Positions 21,697 through 32,826 of a stretch of DNA of 35,049 nt are shown one piece after another. The notes beneath the pieces are model-generated. The model had not been told where the DNA came from and searched no databases. It saw nothing but the letters and a program-made list of their open reading frames with translations. The translations under genes were made by a program, and so were the position numbers. This DNA comes from Octopus bimaculoides (lineage: Eukaryota), in contig NC_068982.1 in assembly GCF_001194135.2 (NCBI RefSeq), positions 140,338,498 through 140,373,546 on the forward strand, in the 5' to 3' direction. How positions within the stretch are numbered: position 1 is the first letter of the stretch; every line of letters begins with the position of its first letter.

Positions 21697-24600
21697 ATAA
21701 TTAGCATCTTGGGATTCTGTAGTGGAGATCTTACAGAAAAGTTAAATTTAAATATAGTTTTCTTTTGACCGAAAAATGATATTTTGTGTCAAAGTCGATT
21801 TGAGGTGTTAATCTTTTTTTATTTTATTCGCCGGTTTTTACCTCAGTACTTTTTTTGCTACTGAATAGTTTTGCATATAAGTAACACGGAGAGATTCCTG
21901 TCATCGAGATCTATTATATGAGCTAAAATAAAATAAACATCTTAAAAAAATATTTGAACTCAAAGTAGATTTCAGGCGTTATTCTACTGTCTGCCACCTC
22001 ACATATTTGACTCAAGTTTTTTCTACAGAACCAATTTTCAACATTTTTAGCTCGAAATGTAGCTTATGACATGATCAATTTAATAATGTAGACACTATCT
22101 AATTTGGTTAAAAACCGCGCTAGAGACAAAGCGTAGACGTGGTCGTGAGTAAGTAAATGTTGGCCTTAAGAATATCATTCAAACACGTTGTGTGTGAATG
22201 TTATTTTTAAAAAAAAGATTAACACCACCACACTCATCTTGTTGAGTTTTATCATATGAGATACAAAAAAGTTTTAGGTTTGAATTTGATTTTAGGCGTT
22301 ACCACTGTTTTCGGCACGCATGGCTCAACTAGTTTTTTTAATTTTCATNNNNNNNNNNNNNNNNNNNNNNNNNNNNNNNNNNNNNNNNNNNNNNNNNNNN
22401 NNNNNNNNNNNNNNNNNNNNNNNNNNNNNNNNNNNNNNNNNNNNNNNNNNNNNNNNNNNNNNNNNNNNNNNNNNNNNNNNNNNNNNNNNNNNNNNNNNNN
22501 NNNNNNNNNNNNNNNNNNNNNNNNNNNNNNNNNNNNNNNNNNNNNNNNNNNNNNNNNNNNNNNNNNNNNNNNNNNNNNNNNNNNNNNNNNNNNNNNNNNN
22601 NNNNNNNNNNNNNNNNNNNNNNNNNNNNNNNNNNNNNNNNNNNNNNNNNNNNNNNNNNNNNNNNNNNNNNNNNNNNNNNNNNNNNNNNNNNNNNNNNNNN
22701 NNNNNNNNNNNNNNNNNNNNNNNNNNNNNNNNNNNNNNNNNNNNNNNNNNNNNNNNNNNNNNNNNNNNNNNNNNNNNNNNNNNNNNNNNNNNNNNNNNNN
22801 NNNNNNNNNNNNNNNNNNNNNNNNNNNNNNNNNNNNNNNNNNNNNNNNNNNNNNNNNNNNNNNNNNNNNNNNNNNNNNNNNNNNNNNNNNNNNNNNNNNN
22901 NNNNNNNNNNNNNNNNNNNNNNNNNNNNNNNNNNNNNNNNNNNNNNNNNNNNNNNNNNNNNNNNNNNNNNNNNNNNNNNNNNNNNNNNNNNNNNNNNNNN
23001 NNNNNNNNNNNNNATATATATATATATATACACGCACGCACACATATTCCACTCTAAATACACGCATTTCTAAAAGTATTCGTGTGATTACGATTATTAT
23101 TAGGCAGCCACGAGTTTGCAATATAAAAAAACAAGACATTAACGCGAGGCTATTATTAAATGCTCAAACATAGATAAACAGCCTGCTAATAAATATGCGT
23201 GAAATTTACATGTTATGACTTTTACATTGTTATGACAAAGATCGTTATCGGTGCAGAAAGAAAATCCTTGGTGTATTGGAAAGCAAGGTAATTCACCTTT
23301 ATAAAGCAAAGGTCATATAGCTCTTAATCCAAACCGATTCTCTGCTCAAACTATTGAACCCCGCAAAACGTTCCTTTATGCTTTACACTCTACTGCAGCC
23401 CCTTTTACATATATTGCCATCGTTAGTATCAGCTGTGTTGTGTTTAGGGATAATCATAACTAAACCATAATGAACCATGGAATATGCTAGAACGTACGAA
23501 ACACTTTGTATCTCAGTTCAATCAGATATTCATAAAGATTCCCTGTTGCATAATACTATTGTACTGGTTATCTCTTTCTTTCCGTGGCAGTATTTTGAGC
23601 AAACGAAAATGTTATTTATCATAAATTATTCACACACATCAAGGAAAAATTTAATCAAAATTAGTAAATACTATAATCGTTAATGAAGGATATAATTATT
23701 TTATTAATTTACTACGTTTCCGTGCAAACGAATAATTAATCTAATACCATATAAAATAACATTCAATATTCAGAACTTGTTTCATCTTCTAAAAATATTG
23801 TTTATTTCATGAGGAAAAAACTGCTCTGCTGCGCAGTGTAAAGCCGTGGATGATATGCAATAACCAAAGATTATTGTAAACAATAATTCAAAACATAATT
23901 TAATAACACGTTTCGTAAGATATTTTTGAAACTAATTATCCCTTTAATATCAAAGATTATGAACGCATTCAAGAGATTTACACGATTCAGTTTGCGATAA
24001 ACAACGTATAAGAAATTTTCAGTTAAACAACTTCAATGACTTATATTTGGTTAACATTATAATATCTACATGCTTGTATTGAAAGGGGACTTTCTTCGCG
24101 CAATAAATATCCTTTTTACTAAAGGAATATTAAATTTTAACCTAGTGAAATACATTAGAATAAACGGAAAATAAAATAACATTAAATATTTTGTTATTGT
24201 ATTTATTAATGAATTTTTTTCTGTAATCAAAAGCCAAGACGCATAGAATTATCTTTCTGGAATTGATAAGAAATTGCCATTTGTTATCCAGTTTTTGATT
24301 TTTATTGGTCTTTGAACAGCAGATATTACTGCGTCACTAAAACTGTGAGCAATCGGCTTTGATCTTTGCTGTCACATAAATATTAGGATATGCTGCTAAA
24401 TCCTCCAAGTGTGAATACGCCATTAGCTTACTGAAATCGGTTGTTAAAGAATTTAGAACAAGTAAATTAGTTTTGTCTTCTTCATAAATTCAACATTTAC
24501 CTACTTATAACAGTTACACTCTTTCCTGAAACTGTGCAACAAAATGCGAAATTTCAACGTACATTAAACAAGATCATATTTCCTGTAAAATTTATGAATT

Positions 24601-25949
24601 TAATAGTAACTCGTCTAACGTAAGCATAACAATACATGCACATTTCACTCACTAAAAATAATCTACAAACTACATCTGCAACAAAGAAGTAGTTTATATA
24701 CTATTTCAGGAGACGACTTGCATTCTAAGGTATCTAAATATGCTCTACATATACATAGTAATCCATAGATTCTTAAAATAATTTATATCTCATTTACACA
24801 GTTGTATGACACAAAGGGAAAACTTTACTCTTACTTGTACAATTAAAACGTGCCTCAATAAAATGATGACAGTAGCTGAAAATTTAAGTAAAGAAAATAT
24901 ACCAAACTAACATATTATAGCAATCTTGAAACTAAGACAAACATGTGAGAGAAATGTAAACGAAAGGAACTTTGTGTAACAGCTGACTAAATTTATAATA
25001 ATAATAAATGGCAAATTTGAGTGCTTGTGAATTTATTACTTTAACTACTCCGAGACTATCCAACAGATCTTGATGAGGCTTGACACGTGTATGGGAGGTT
25101 TATCCCCCTGCGGTCACTGATGCACCGGGAATGTTTAAAACATAGATTTTTAATCAGTATCGATTTTTCAAAAATCGTAAAATTTCGGCATTTTTCGCAC
25201 CAGCCTTCGTGACATCAATTTGACAAAAAATGACTAAATTTGATAAAATATGTTTCATGGGTATAAACAGACAGCTTATTACCGGTAATCTATGTAGCAT
25301 TGCTAATTCTACATTTCAATGTGAATTGTTTTGATTACTCAAAATTTATTATTTCAATTCGTTGTTCTAATTCCATAGCGTTTCACGTTTTGATTAGGTA
25401 AGACCATTTTATTTCTCAAACAAAATTTAGTCATTTTGCATTCTAGCCATTGTGACATGAATTTGACGAAATCTGCCCCAAAGCGTAAAATTTAGACATT
25501 TTACGCACATGCACAAATATGACAACGACACGGTTTCGGTACCAGACTGTTAGATTTTTCGTCAAATTGTCCTACCCTTTAATATCGAACTTTTGAAAAA
25601 TGCCAAAAATTTAACGAAAAATGCTTCGTGGCTATCAAAAGACATCTTATGAACAGTAATTTATTGACGGGTACCTCAGCTAGTTGTTAAATATAAAGAA
25701 GTTTTCCTTTAATATCAACAGTGTATTTCAATTAAAAAATTCAGAAAACAATTCTCCCGAGAATATTGTCATGAATATTAAGGCGAGAAGGTAAATATGA
25801 CACAGACAGACAGGTGCAGTGCAACGACTGTGTTTGTATTCAGTCCCACTGCATGTAAACCAGGGTGAATGTCCTATAGTTTAGTCCCTGATGATCTGTC
25901 TCTTCTCATTGAATTTAGTAGACAACAACTGTGAGGAAACACGTTGTAT

Positions 25950-26155
25950 ATATGTGTGTGTGTGTATGTGTGTATGTGTCTTCTTGCTTGTGTTATGTTT
26001 GACAACCAGTGTTAGTTTGTTTACAGCTTCATAATATAACTGTTCGACATAAAGGGTAGAATAAATAACAGACATACAAATAAGTACTGGGGTAGACTTA
26101 TTCGACTAAAAACGCAATGGCCGCCGATCAGTGAAAGGTAAATGATAAAATACAA
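25950..26155 (+). mobile_element. Diverged 3' half of SINE family B
   Basis: TTGACAACCAGTGTTAGTTTGTTTAC and AAATAAGTACTGGGGTAGACTTATTCGACTAAA align to 26800-26925. Confidence 0.5.
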
Positions 26156-26574
26156 CAATGATGGTCTGCACAATATGCAGGAGAGTATTACATCGTGGAA
26201 TAACGTTTAATAAACAAACCGAGTCTATATTCATGATACTGCCAAATATATGAAGCTGTAAGAAAAGCAGAAACACTAAATACCGTAGAATTAGGAGAAT
26301 TTAGTAGAGTAGGCTAATATATCAAAGTCTGTTATATTGTTCAGTTGCAGGATTGATTCGATCAGTATAAAACTGTGTTTACTGAAACACGAATTCTGAT
26401 CAAAAGCGAGAAATGCATCGCTTCGGAGATCTGTATCGTTAAATATCTAGCAGCAAAAGTTGCAACGACGGACAAACTTTTATCACATTGAGAACATAAA
26501 AAAAACATGCGTGCCTCCATCTTAGTATATATAAAAATGTCAACCAAATAAATGTAATTATAACAAAGTCAATA

Positions 26575-26994
26575 GGCGCAGAACTGGCTGTGTGGTAAGT
26601 AGCTTCCTAAACAACCACATGGTTCCGGGTTCATTCCCACTGCGTGGCACCTTGGGTAAGTGTCTTGTACTATAGCCTCGGGCAAATCAAATCCTTGTGA
26701 GTGGATTTGGTAGACGGAAACTGAAAGAAGCACGTCGTATATATGTATAAATATATATGTGTATGTGTTTGTGTGTCTGTGTCTGTCCCCCCCCCCAACA
26801 TCGCTTGACAACTGATGCTGGTGTGTTTACGTCCTCGTAACCTAGCGGTTCCGCAAAAGAGACCGATACAATAAGTACTAGGCTTCCAAATAATAAGTCT
26901 TGGGTACGATTTGCTCGACTAAAGGCGGTGCTCTAGCATGGCCGCAGTCGAATGACTGAAACAAGTAAAAGAGTAAAAGAGTAAAAGAGTAAAA
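26575..26994 (+). mobile_element. Full-length tRNA-derived SINE, family B
   Basis: A-box TGGCTGTGTGGT, B-box GGGTTCATTCCC, body CCTTGGGTAAGTGTCTT..GTGAGTGGATTTGGTAGACGGAAACTGAAAGAAGC, internal (TA)/(TG) tract, (GTAAAAGA)n tail. Confidence 0.9.
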
Positions 26995-27589
26995 AGTATA
27001 TGCCAAAGCAGTTCTCTGCTGAAAATATGCCATAGAAATGTGTATTGAATATCGAAGGCATTTCAATGTGTTTTCTAAAATGCAAAGGCAAATAGCGTAA
27101 AAATAAGACTATTTCGATGGAAATATTAAAGAAGCAAGTAAGCAACGCAATAATCACTGTTATGCAGAAGATATTCATTTGGTGAAAAGCAGAAAAATAA
27201 ATAATAGAAAATTGCATCGAGGTGTAATGTCACGGTTTGTTGGGAGTAGTAAAGGATACGGAATGGAAATTAGTGCTGTCGAAAAGCCATATAACTATCA
27301 GCAAGTAGAAAAGAAAGAATAAAACAGTCAATCTAATTTAAATTGAAGAATTTGAAACTGACTCGTAAATTTAAATATTTGGGAAAGACAATAATTTGAT
27401 ATGGGAAAAATTAAAAGAAACGTAAATTGCCAGATTACAAGCGTACTGAAAACATTGCATGGAAGAAAGTCTTCAAGGAGAAATTACTTGGAATACTGCC
27501 AAATACAACCCGCCTCTGTCAATTATTAAAAGCAGAAAATGAAATTGGTTTGCTTACATAACACGACAATATTGTACACCACATAATGT

Positions 27590-27760
27590 GGTAAGCTTGC
27601 AGAAACTTTGGCGGCCTGCGTTCAAATTCCGCTGATGTCAACTTTTCCTTTCATCCTTTCGGGGTGGATAAAATAAGTACCAGTGTAACACAGGGGTCAA
27701 TGTAATCCACTTGCTCCCTGTCTTAGAAACTGCTGGTTTTGTGCCAAAATTTTAAATAAA
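27590..27760 (+). mobile_element. SINE family A, head partly deleted
   Basis: GCGTTCAAATTCCGCTGATGTCAACTTTTCCTTTCATCCTTTCGGGGTGGATAAAATAAGTACCAG..GGGGTCAATGTAATC..GTGCCAAAATTT. Confidence 0.8.
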
Positions 27761-27929
27761 TGTCCTTTGTAAAACCCCGTGCATAGACGAAAAAGATAAG
27801 AATGCGTTGGGCATGAAAAAGATAAGAGTGCATTTGGCATGAGGAATCAAGCTATGGAAATGTCTGACAATGGAAGAGAAAGAGTCCAAGGAAGTAAATT
27901 ATATCTCTTGATAAGTATATACAATTTAT

Positions 27930-28680
27930 GGGTTTCTATTGATGGATGTAGTTGATGTTTTGCAAACAACTTGCCGGTGCAAGTGCATCCAATCGAGAAC
28001 TACGCATACCGGAAGCCTGCAATTGTATGCGATCATCAGGGGAGAATGTGCGCTGTTTCGGTACCTACCTCTGGCGGCATCATTGTGCACGGGCCCCCAC
28101 CACTGATATCAGGCACCGTTTGTTAGATCAGTTGGTTACTGAATACAGCTCAATATTCTTCTAGCCATCGGTCATCACCTCTTTTTAACCAAATCCAGTG
28201 GTTAGCCTTCTCCACTGTAGTTTAGATATCATTCATGTTGGTATTTACTTTACGATGAATTAGGCCTAACGATAACAAAAGTATGTCCAACAAACCCTCT
28301 ACATCCGACTTCGATTGGAAAATGCTCCGACTTCTAGCCTGCGTCTTCACATCCCTTGAGGAGATTTACAAAACGGTCAATCTTTCAAGCCTGAACGGTG
28401 TCCATGTTATCTTCATGAGGAACCTTTAACTCGACTAGATTCACAACTTTCTTTCCTTCACACCACATTAAAATGTCCGATTTTTTCGTAACTGCAATGG
28501 GAAAGTGTCCCTTGTACCCTGGTAAATCTGCAGTCACCTCCCAATAGCCGTCCCACTTTTCATCGCTCACTGGAAGTTTGTTGTTCTTGAAACGGATCCG
28601 CTGTCCTGAGCGCACGAAGGTAATGAAATCTCTAGTTGGTACATTCAACAGTTATTTTTTTTCAGTGTTGTTGAGATCAG
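27930..28680 (-). mobile_element. 5'-truncated RLE non-LTR retrotransposon 3' end (HERO/NeSL-like)
   Basis: ORF 28385-28648 WEVTADLPG..FPIAVTKKSDILMW..VNLVELKVPHEDN (decayed PD-(D/E)XK region), continuing FPIEVGCRGFVG..EKANHWIWLKRGDDRWLEEY* (stop 28150-28152), then GC-richer 3' UTR. Confidence 0.85.
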
Positions 28681-29460
28681 TTTAGTTCTTCTTTATAACA
28701 GTGAACATAACCTTAAAGACCAAGTTGTTTCTCCACGTATGCCTGTTCAATGCTAATGAACAGTTGATTGGATGTTGTAGATTAATATCATTTTCACTAC
28801 AACCGTTTTCCAATTTTCGTTCCTTAACGTAAGTAGTTATATATCAATATATCCGTATGTAATGTTAATGTGTAAATCTTCGTGACATACCTGATATTAC
28901 ACAAAAAAAATCGCATGTCAATAGCAATGATCAATCTCATTGAGTAACTCATTAAATCGCTAATGACCAATGCAATTAGATTCGATCAACAACATGATAG
29001 TTTCCATTCAACAGCTAACCACATTTCGGATTGGAATGCGAGAAACAATGAGATTTATTAATTGCGACAAATGTGCCAAAATTATAACAACTTATAACGA
29101 AGTGTCAATTCCAGAAATGGTTGTTTACTTTGAGCACACTGTACTCTTCAACGAGCATGACTATGAACAAATATGGTCTTTGCAAGTGAATAATCACGTG
29201 GACATTAGAGTACAAATATTAACATACAAAATTAGGAATTCGTGGATATGGAACATAATTTCATTATTCAGTCAGACACAAGTGTATTAGACCACAGACA
29301 CAAACACACACACACACACACACACATATGTATGTANNNNNNNNNNNNNNNNNNNNNNNNNNNNNNNNNNNNNNNNNNNNNNNNNNNNNNNNNNNNNNNN
29401 NNNNNNNNNNNNNNNNNNNNNNNNNNNNNNNNNNNNNNNNNNNNNNNNNNNNNNNNNNNN

Positions 29461-29545
29461 ATGGATGGATGGATGGATGGATGGATGGATGGATGGATGG
29501 ATGGATGGATGGATGGATGGATGGATGGATGGATGGATGGATGGC
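29461..29545 (+). repeat. (ATGG)n tetranucleotide microsatellite
   Basis: About 21 perfect units starting at a gap edge. Confidence 0.98.
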
Positions 29546-30267
29546 TACCTCGTTATAGAGAACCAGTTTATTCGTGTTTTTGAAATTTTGCAAGCTAAGC
29601 TACTCGTACATTACATCCAAGGGGTTGATATTGATATTTGTTCCATGGTTCTTACACTAGTACAAACATAAATTCACATATGCATACACACACAATCATA
29701 CACACTCACACACACAGCTCCCAAATATATATATGTACGTTATGTGTGTATGTGTGTGTGTGTTGTGAAAAACAGCTCATCGAGGATAGTCATCGTTTAC
29801 TACTACTGCGACCAAGCTTAATTCAAAGTAATAACGGAGAAGAATTACTCTTCGAACAACGTCATATTTATATACCATGAAGAGTTCGTAATAATAATGC
29901 ATAAATTGGTGCATATAAATATGCACCAATATGCAATTAATGCGATCAAAACACGTGTCGGACAACTATTATGATCAAACCAACTATAATTCAACATAAA
30001 GTTTGAATGTTTATCCAGGTATGCTTATATATACATATACGAGCGAAACGAACGGAAGCACGTACATGTACGACGAGAAGCGATTGGGAGACGATCAAAG
30101 CGGCGGAAGACGCATCGGCGGCGGAGCTCCGCCGGCAAACCGCAACTGGTATCGAAAGGCCGTCGTCTCGGCGGCGATACCGACCGCGAGTGTGTGTGTC
30201 CGTGTGTTACGCACGCTAGGAGACACTGGGACAGGCGGCCGACACGCTCGATAGACGAGAAGCAGGT

Positions 30268-30426
30268 CGGAGTAAAGTGAATATGAAGAAGGAGCAATAC
30301 GAAATAAAGCGGAGTAAAGTTAATATGAAACAGGAGAAATAAGAAATAAAGCGGTGTAAAGTGAATATTAAACAGGAGCAATACGAAATAAAGCGGATTA
30401 AAGTGAATATTAAACAGGAGCAATAT
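30268..30426 (+). repeat. 42-bp minisatellite, about 3.8 copies
   Basis: Unit CGGAGTAAAGTGAATATKAAACAGGAGCAATACGAAATAAAG starting at 30268, 30310, 30352, 30394. Confidence 0.95.
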
Positions 30427-30428
30427 AT

Positions 30429-30593
30429 ATACAACGAGCTTCTTTCAGGTTCACTCTAACAGATCCACACACAAGGCTTTGGTCGACCCGAGGCCATAGT
30501 AGAAGACACTTGCCTAAAATGCTACGCAGTCGGACCGAACCCGGAACGATATGATTGGTAAGGAAGCTACTTACTTCACGGCCACTCTTGCGC
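30429..30593 (-). mobile_element. SINE family B, 5' half
   Basis: Reverse complement of head-to-(TA)n region of 26575-26745. Confidence 0.85.
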
Positions 30594-31559
30594 TTATGTT
30601 TGTTTGCTTGCATGTGTATGTGTGTGTCTGAGCATATTTTTTTCTTTATAACAGATACCTCGTAAAAAATAGTTTCAATGCTCCCCAGCCAATTTATCAT
30701 TTTGTTATATTAATGTTAGTGACTATTTGCTGTTAAGTAAATTATTTGCCTTTTACTATGTTCATGAGGATACAGAGTTCGTAGTGTAACAGACTTGGAA
30801 ACAAGTATAGAAACAAAGGTTCTAGTGTATGTGTTCTTGTAAATGTGTATGACCAATTAGTAGAAGTTATCATTTACTGGTGTTCTTGCCTATATTGCAG
30901 TATAACATACTGTAGAGAATAAGCTGTCCTTCAGATTGTTGGTGAGATGGATTCTGACCCTCCAAATACTGAATACAATCATTCTCGAATCTCTTGAGAA
31001 AAACCTTTGTCAATGGATTCTTAAGCTGCCTTAAGCGTGCACAGATAATTTAGAGTTGCATTTCAAAGTTAATGATGAGAAGAACAGAATATAAGGTTTG
31101 ATCTAAAAATGCTTATGGTGCGAATTAATGGAGATGTAGTTGTTGTCTTTGTTATTTTCTGTGAAGGCGAGCCAACAAAGGATACCAACTTGTAGTAAGG
31201 ACTTTTAATGAGGTTATGCTATAAATACGAAATTATATGTTTTTTATTTTTTATTTTCATGTATTCATGGAAAGCTTATTTCGCACATCCTTTAGAAGAA
31301 GAGTGTCTTTAATAATTCATGTTCAACACATTTAGAAAGCAGACGCTTGATTAATAATAGGCTGTACATTCCCTTTTCCGGTGTCCGTATTCCGCCGTTA
31401 ACTACAATTTGTTTAGTAATTTATGATACAATGACTACAAATTACGAACGGCAATTTAGTTTTCTCTCGCAAAGCGAAAAACACATTCCATTCGCTTATA
31501 GTATTATACATATTTGTTACTTTCGGTTTTCCTTTTTATTTCTTTGGCTCAATTTCCAG

Positions 31560-31715
31560 AGAGCTTCTGTAAGAATTTGGCTTCTCAACCATATGATTCC
31601 GGGTTCAGCCCCACTGCGTGTTACCTTGGGTAAATGTTTTCTACTATAGCCTCGGGGTGACCAAAGTCTTGTGAGTGGATTTAGTAAATGGAAACAAAAA
31701 GTAGCCTACTACGTA
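31560..31715 (+). mobile_element. SINE family B, 5' half
   Basis: CCGGGTTCAGCCCCACTGCGTG..CTACTATAGCCTCGGGG..GTGAGTGGATTT ending in (CA)/(TA) tract. Confidence 0.85.
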
Positions 31716-31726
31716 TACACACACAC

Positions 31727-31762
<36 letters not shown>

Positions 31763-31826
31763 GATAATGCTAATAATATAGCCTGAACAGGATAAACTGC
31801 CTCTATTTTGCAGGAAAACGTGTAGG

Positions 31827-31902
31827 TGGTTAGCTGTGGACTCGAACTCACACCTCCGTAATTACGCGTCACGATGCTCTGACCGATTGAGTTAAACTCC
31901 CC
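31827..31902 (-). pseudogene. tRNA-like sequence, Thr(CGT)-like anticodon arm, degenerate
   Basis: Minus strand: TAACTCAATCGGTCAGAGC D-arm/A-box, CGTGA-CGCGTAA-TTACG anticodon arm, GAGTTCGAGTCC B-box; acceptor stem pairs poorly and position 33 is G. Confidence 0.55.
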
Positions 31903-32380
31903 CACTACAAATTCCTCTGCAAATTTAAGATGTATAGGAACCTCNNNNNNNNNNNNNNNNNNNNNNNNNNNNNNNNNNNNNNNNNNNNNNNNNNNNNNNN
32001 NNNNNNNNNNNNNNNNNNNNNNNNNNNNNNNNNNNNNNNNNNNNNNNNNNNNNNNNNNNNNNNNNNNNNNNNNNNNNNNNNNNNNNNNNNNNNNNNNNNN
32101 NNNNNNNNNNNNNNNNNNNNNNNNNNNNNNNNNNNNNNNNNNNNNNNNNNNNNNNNNNNNNNNNNNNNNNNNNNNNNNNNNNNNNNNNNNNNNNNNNNNN
32201 NNNNNNNNNNNNNNNNNNNNNNNNNNNNNNNNNNNNNNNNNNNNNNNNNNNNNNNNNNNNNNNNNNNNNNNNNNNNNNNNNNNNNNNNNNNNNNNNNNNN
32301 NNNNNNNNNNNNNNNNNNNNNNNNNNNNNNNNNNNNNNNNNNNNNNNNNNNTATATATATATATATATATATGGGTGTAT

Positions 32381-32461
32381 GTGTGTGTATCGATGTGTGT
32401 GTATCGATGTGTGTGTATCGATGTGTGTGTATCGATGTGTGTGTATCGATGTGTGTATCGA
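32381..32461 (+). repeat. 14-bp tandem repeat (GTGTGTGTATCGAT), about 5.8 copies
   Basis: Units start at 32381, 32395, 32409, 32423, 32437; shortened sixth unit. Confidence 0.97.
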
Positions 32462-32464
32462 CTT

Positions 32465-32692
32465 ATATATACAAAGTGAGAATTTACAAAATAAAACAAA
32501 AGACGAAAAAGAATTTACAAAAAAAAAACAACAAAAGACGAAAAACAACAAGCAAATGTATTAGCTTAACGCTCCGAAAGTGAGAAAGTCTTTTACGTTT
32601 CGATCCTACGCTCTTCGACATAAAGTAACATAGAAATAAACAGGGAGAGAAAATAGAAAAAGGTATAGTAGCTAGCGATCTATAATGGCGAA
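32465..32692 (-). mobile_element. Penelope-like terminal fragment
   Basis: Minus strand GTCGAAGAGCGTAGGATCGAAACGTAAAAG..AGCGTTAAGCTAATACAT, same family as 17560-17725. Confidence 0.5.
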
Positions 32693-32826
32693 TGCGTAAG
32701 TGCAGAGGTACCAAGGATCAACTCCTAATAGACAAAACTGTACTTAGAGATTTCAAGAGGACGAAAATTAATATAGTCATGTCATGGATCGATTATCGAA
32801 AGGCATACGATATGATCCCACATTCA
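32693..32826 (+). mobile_element. Short R4/Dong-like RT fragment
   Basis: RKCRGTKDQLLIDKTVLRDFKRTKINIVMSWIDYRKAYDMIPHS; nucleotide sequence closely matches the reverse complement of about 3165-3295. Confidence 0.85.

Noticed and set aside
29242-29671. MDGW/IHPS repeat ORFs and the poly-Met ORF at 34759-34962
   Set aside because: Translations of (ATGG)n and (ATC)n microsatellites.
30200-30220. Helitron 3' end (small hairpin plus CTAG)
   Set aside because: Hairpin is weak and directly adjacent to CTAG instead of about 10 nt upstream; no matching 5' TC end identified.
30268-30426. CRISPR-like array or 14-aa repeat protein
   Set aside because: Units are contiguous with no unique spacers, the DNA is eukaryotic, and the periodic ORFs (30025-30423, 30216-30434) simply follow from the 42-bp period.
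5513-32583. Long ORFs in the track containing runs of X (for example 6989-8107, 12976-13630, 22256-23173, 31681-32583)
   Set aside because: Artefacts of N gaps (5723-5821, 7111-7989, 13149-13539, 17749-18064, 22349-23013, 29337-29460, 31945-32351) and flanking microsatellites.
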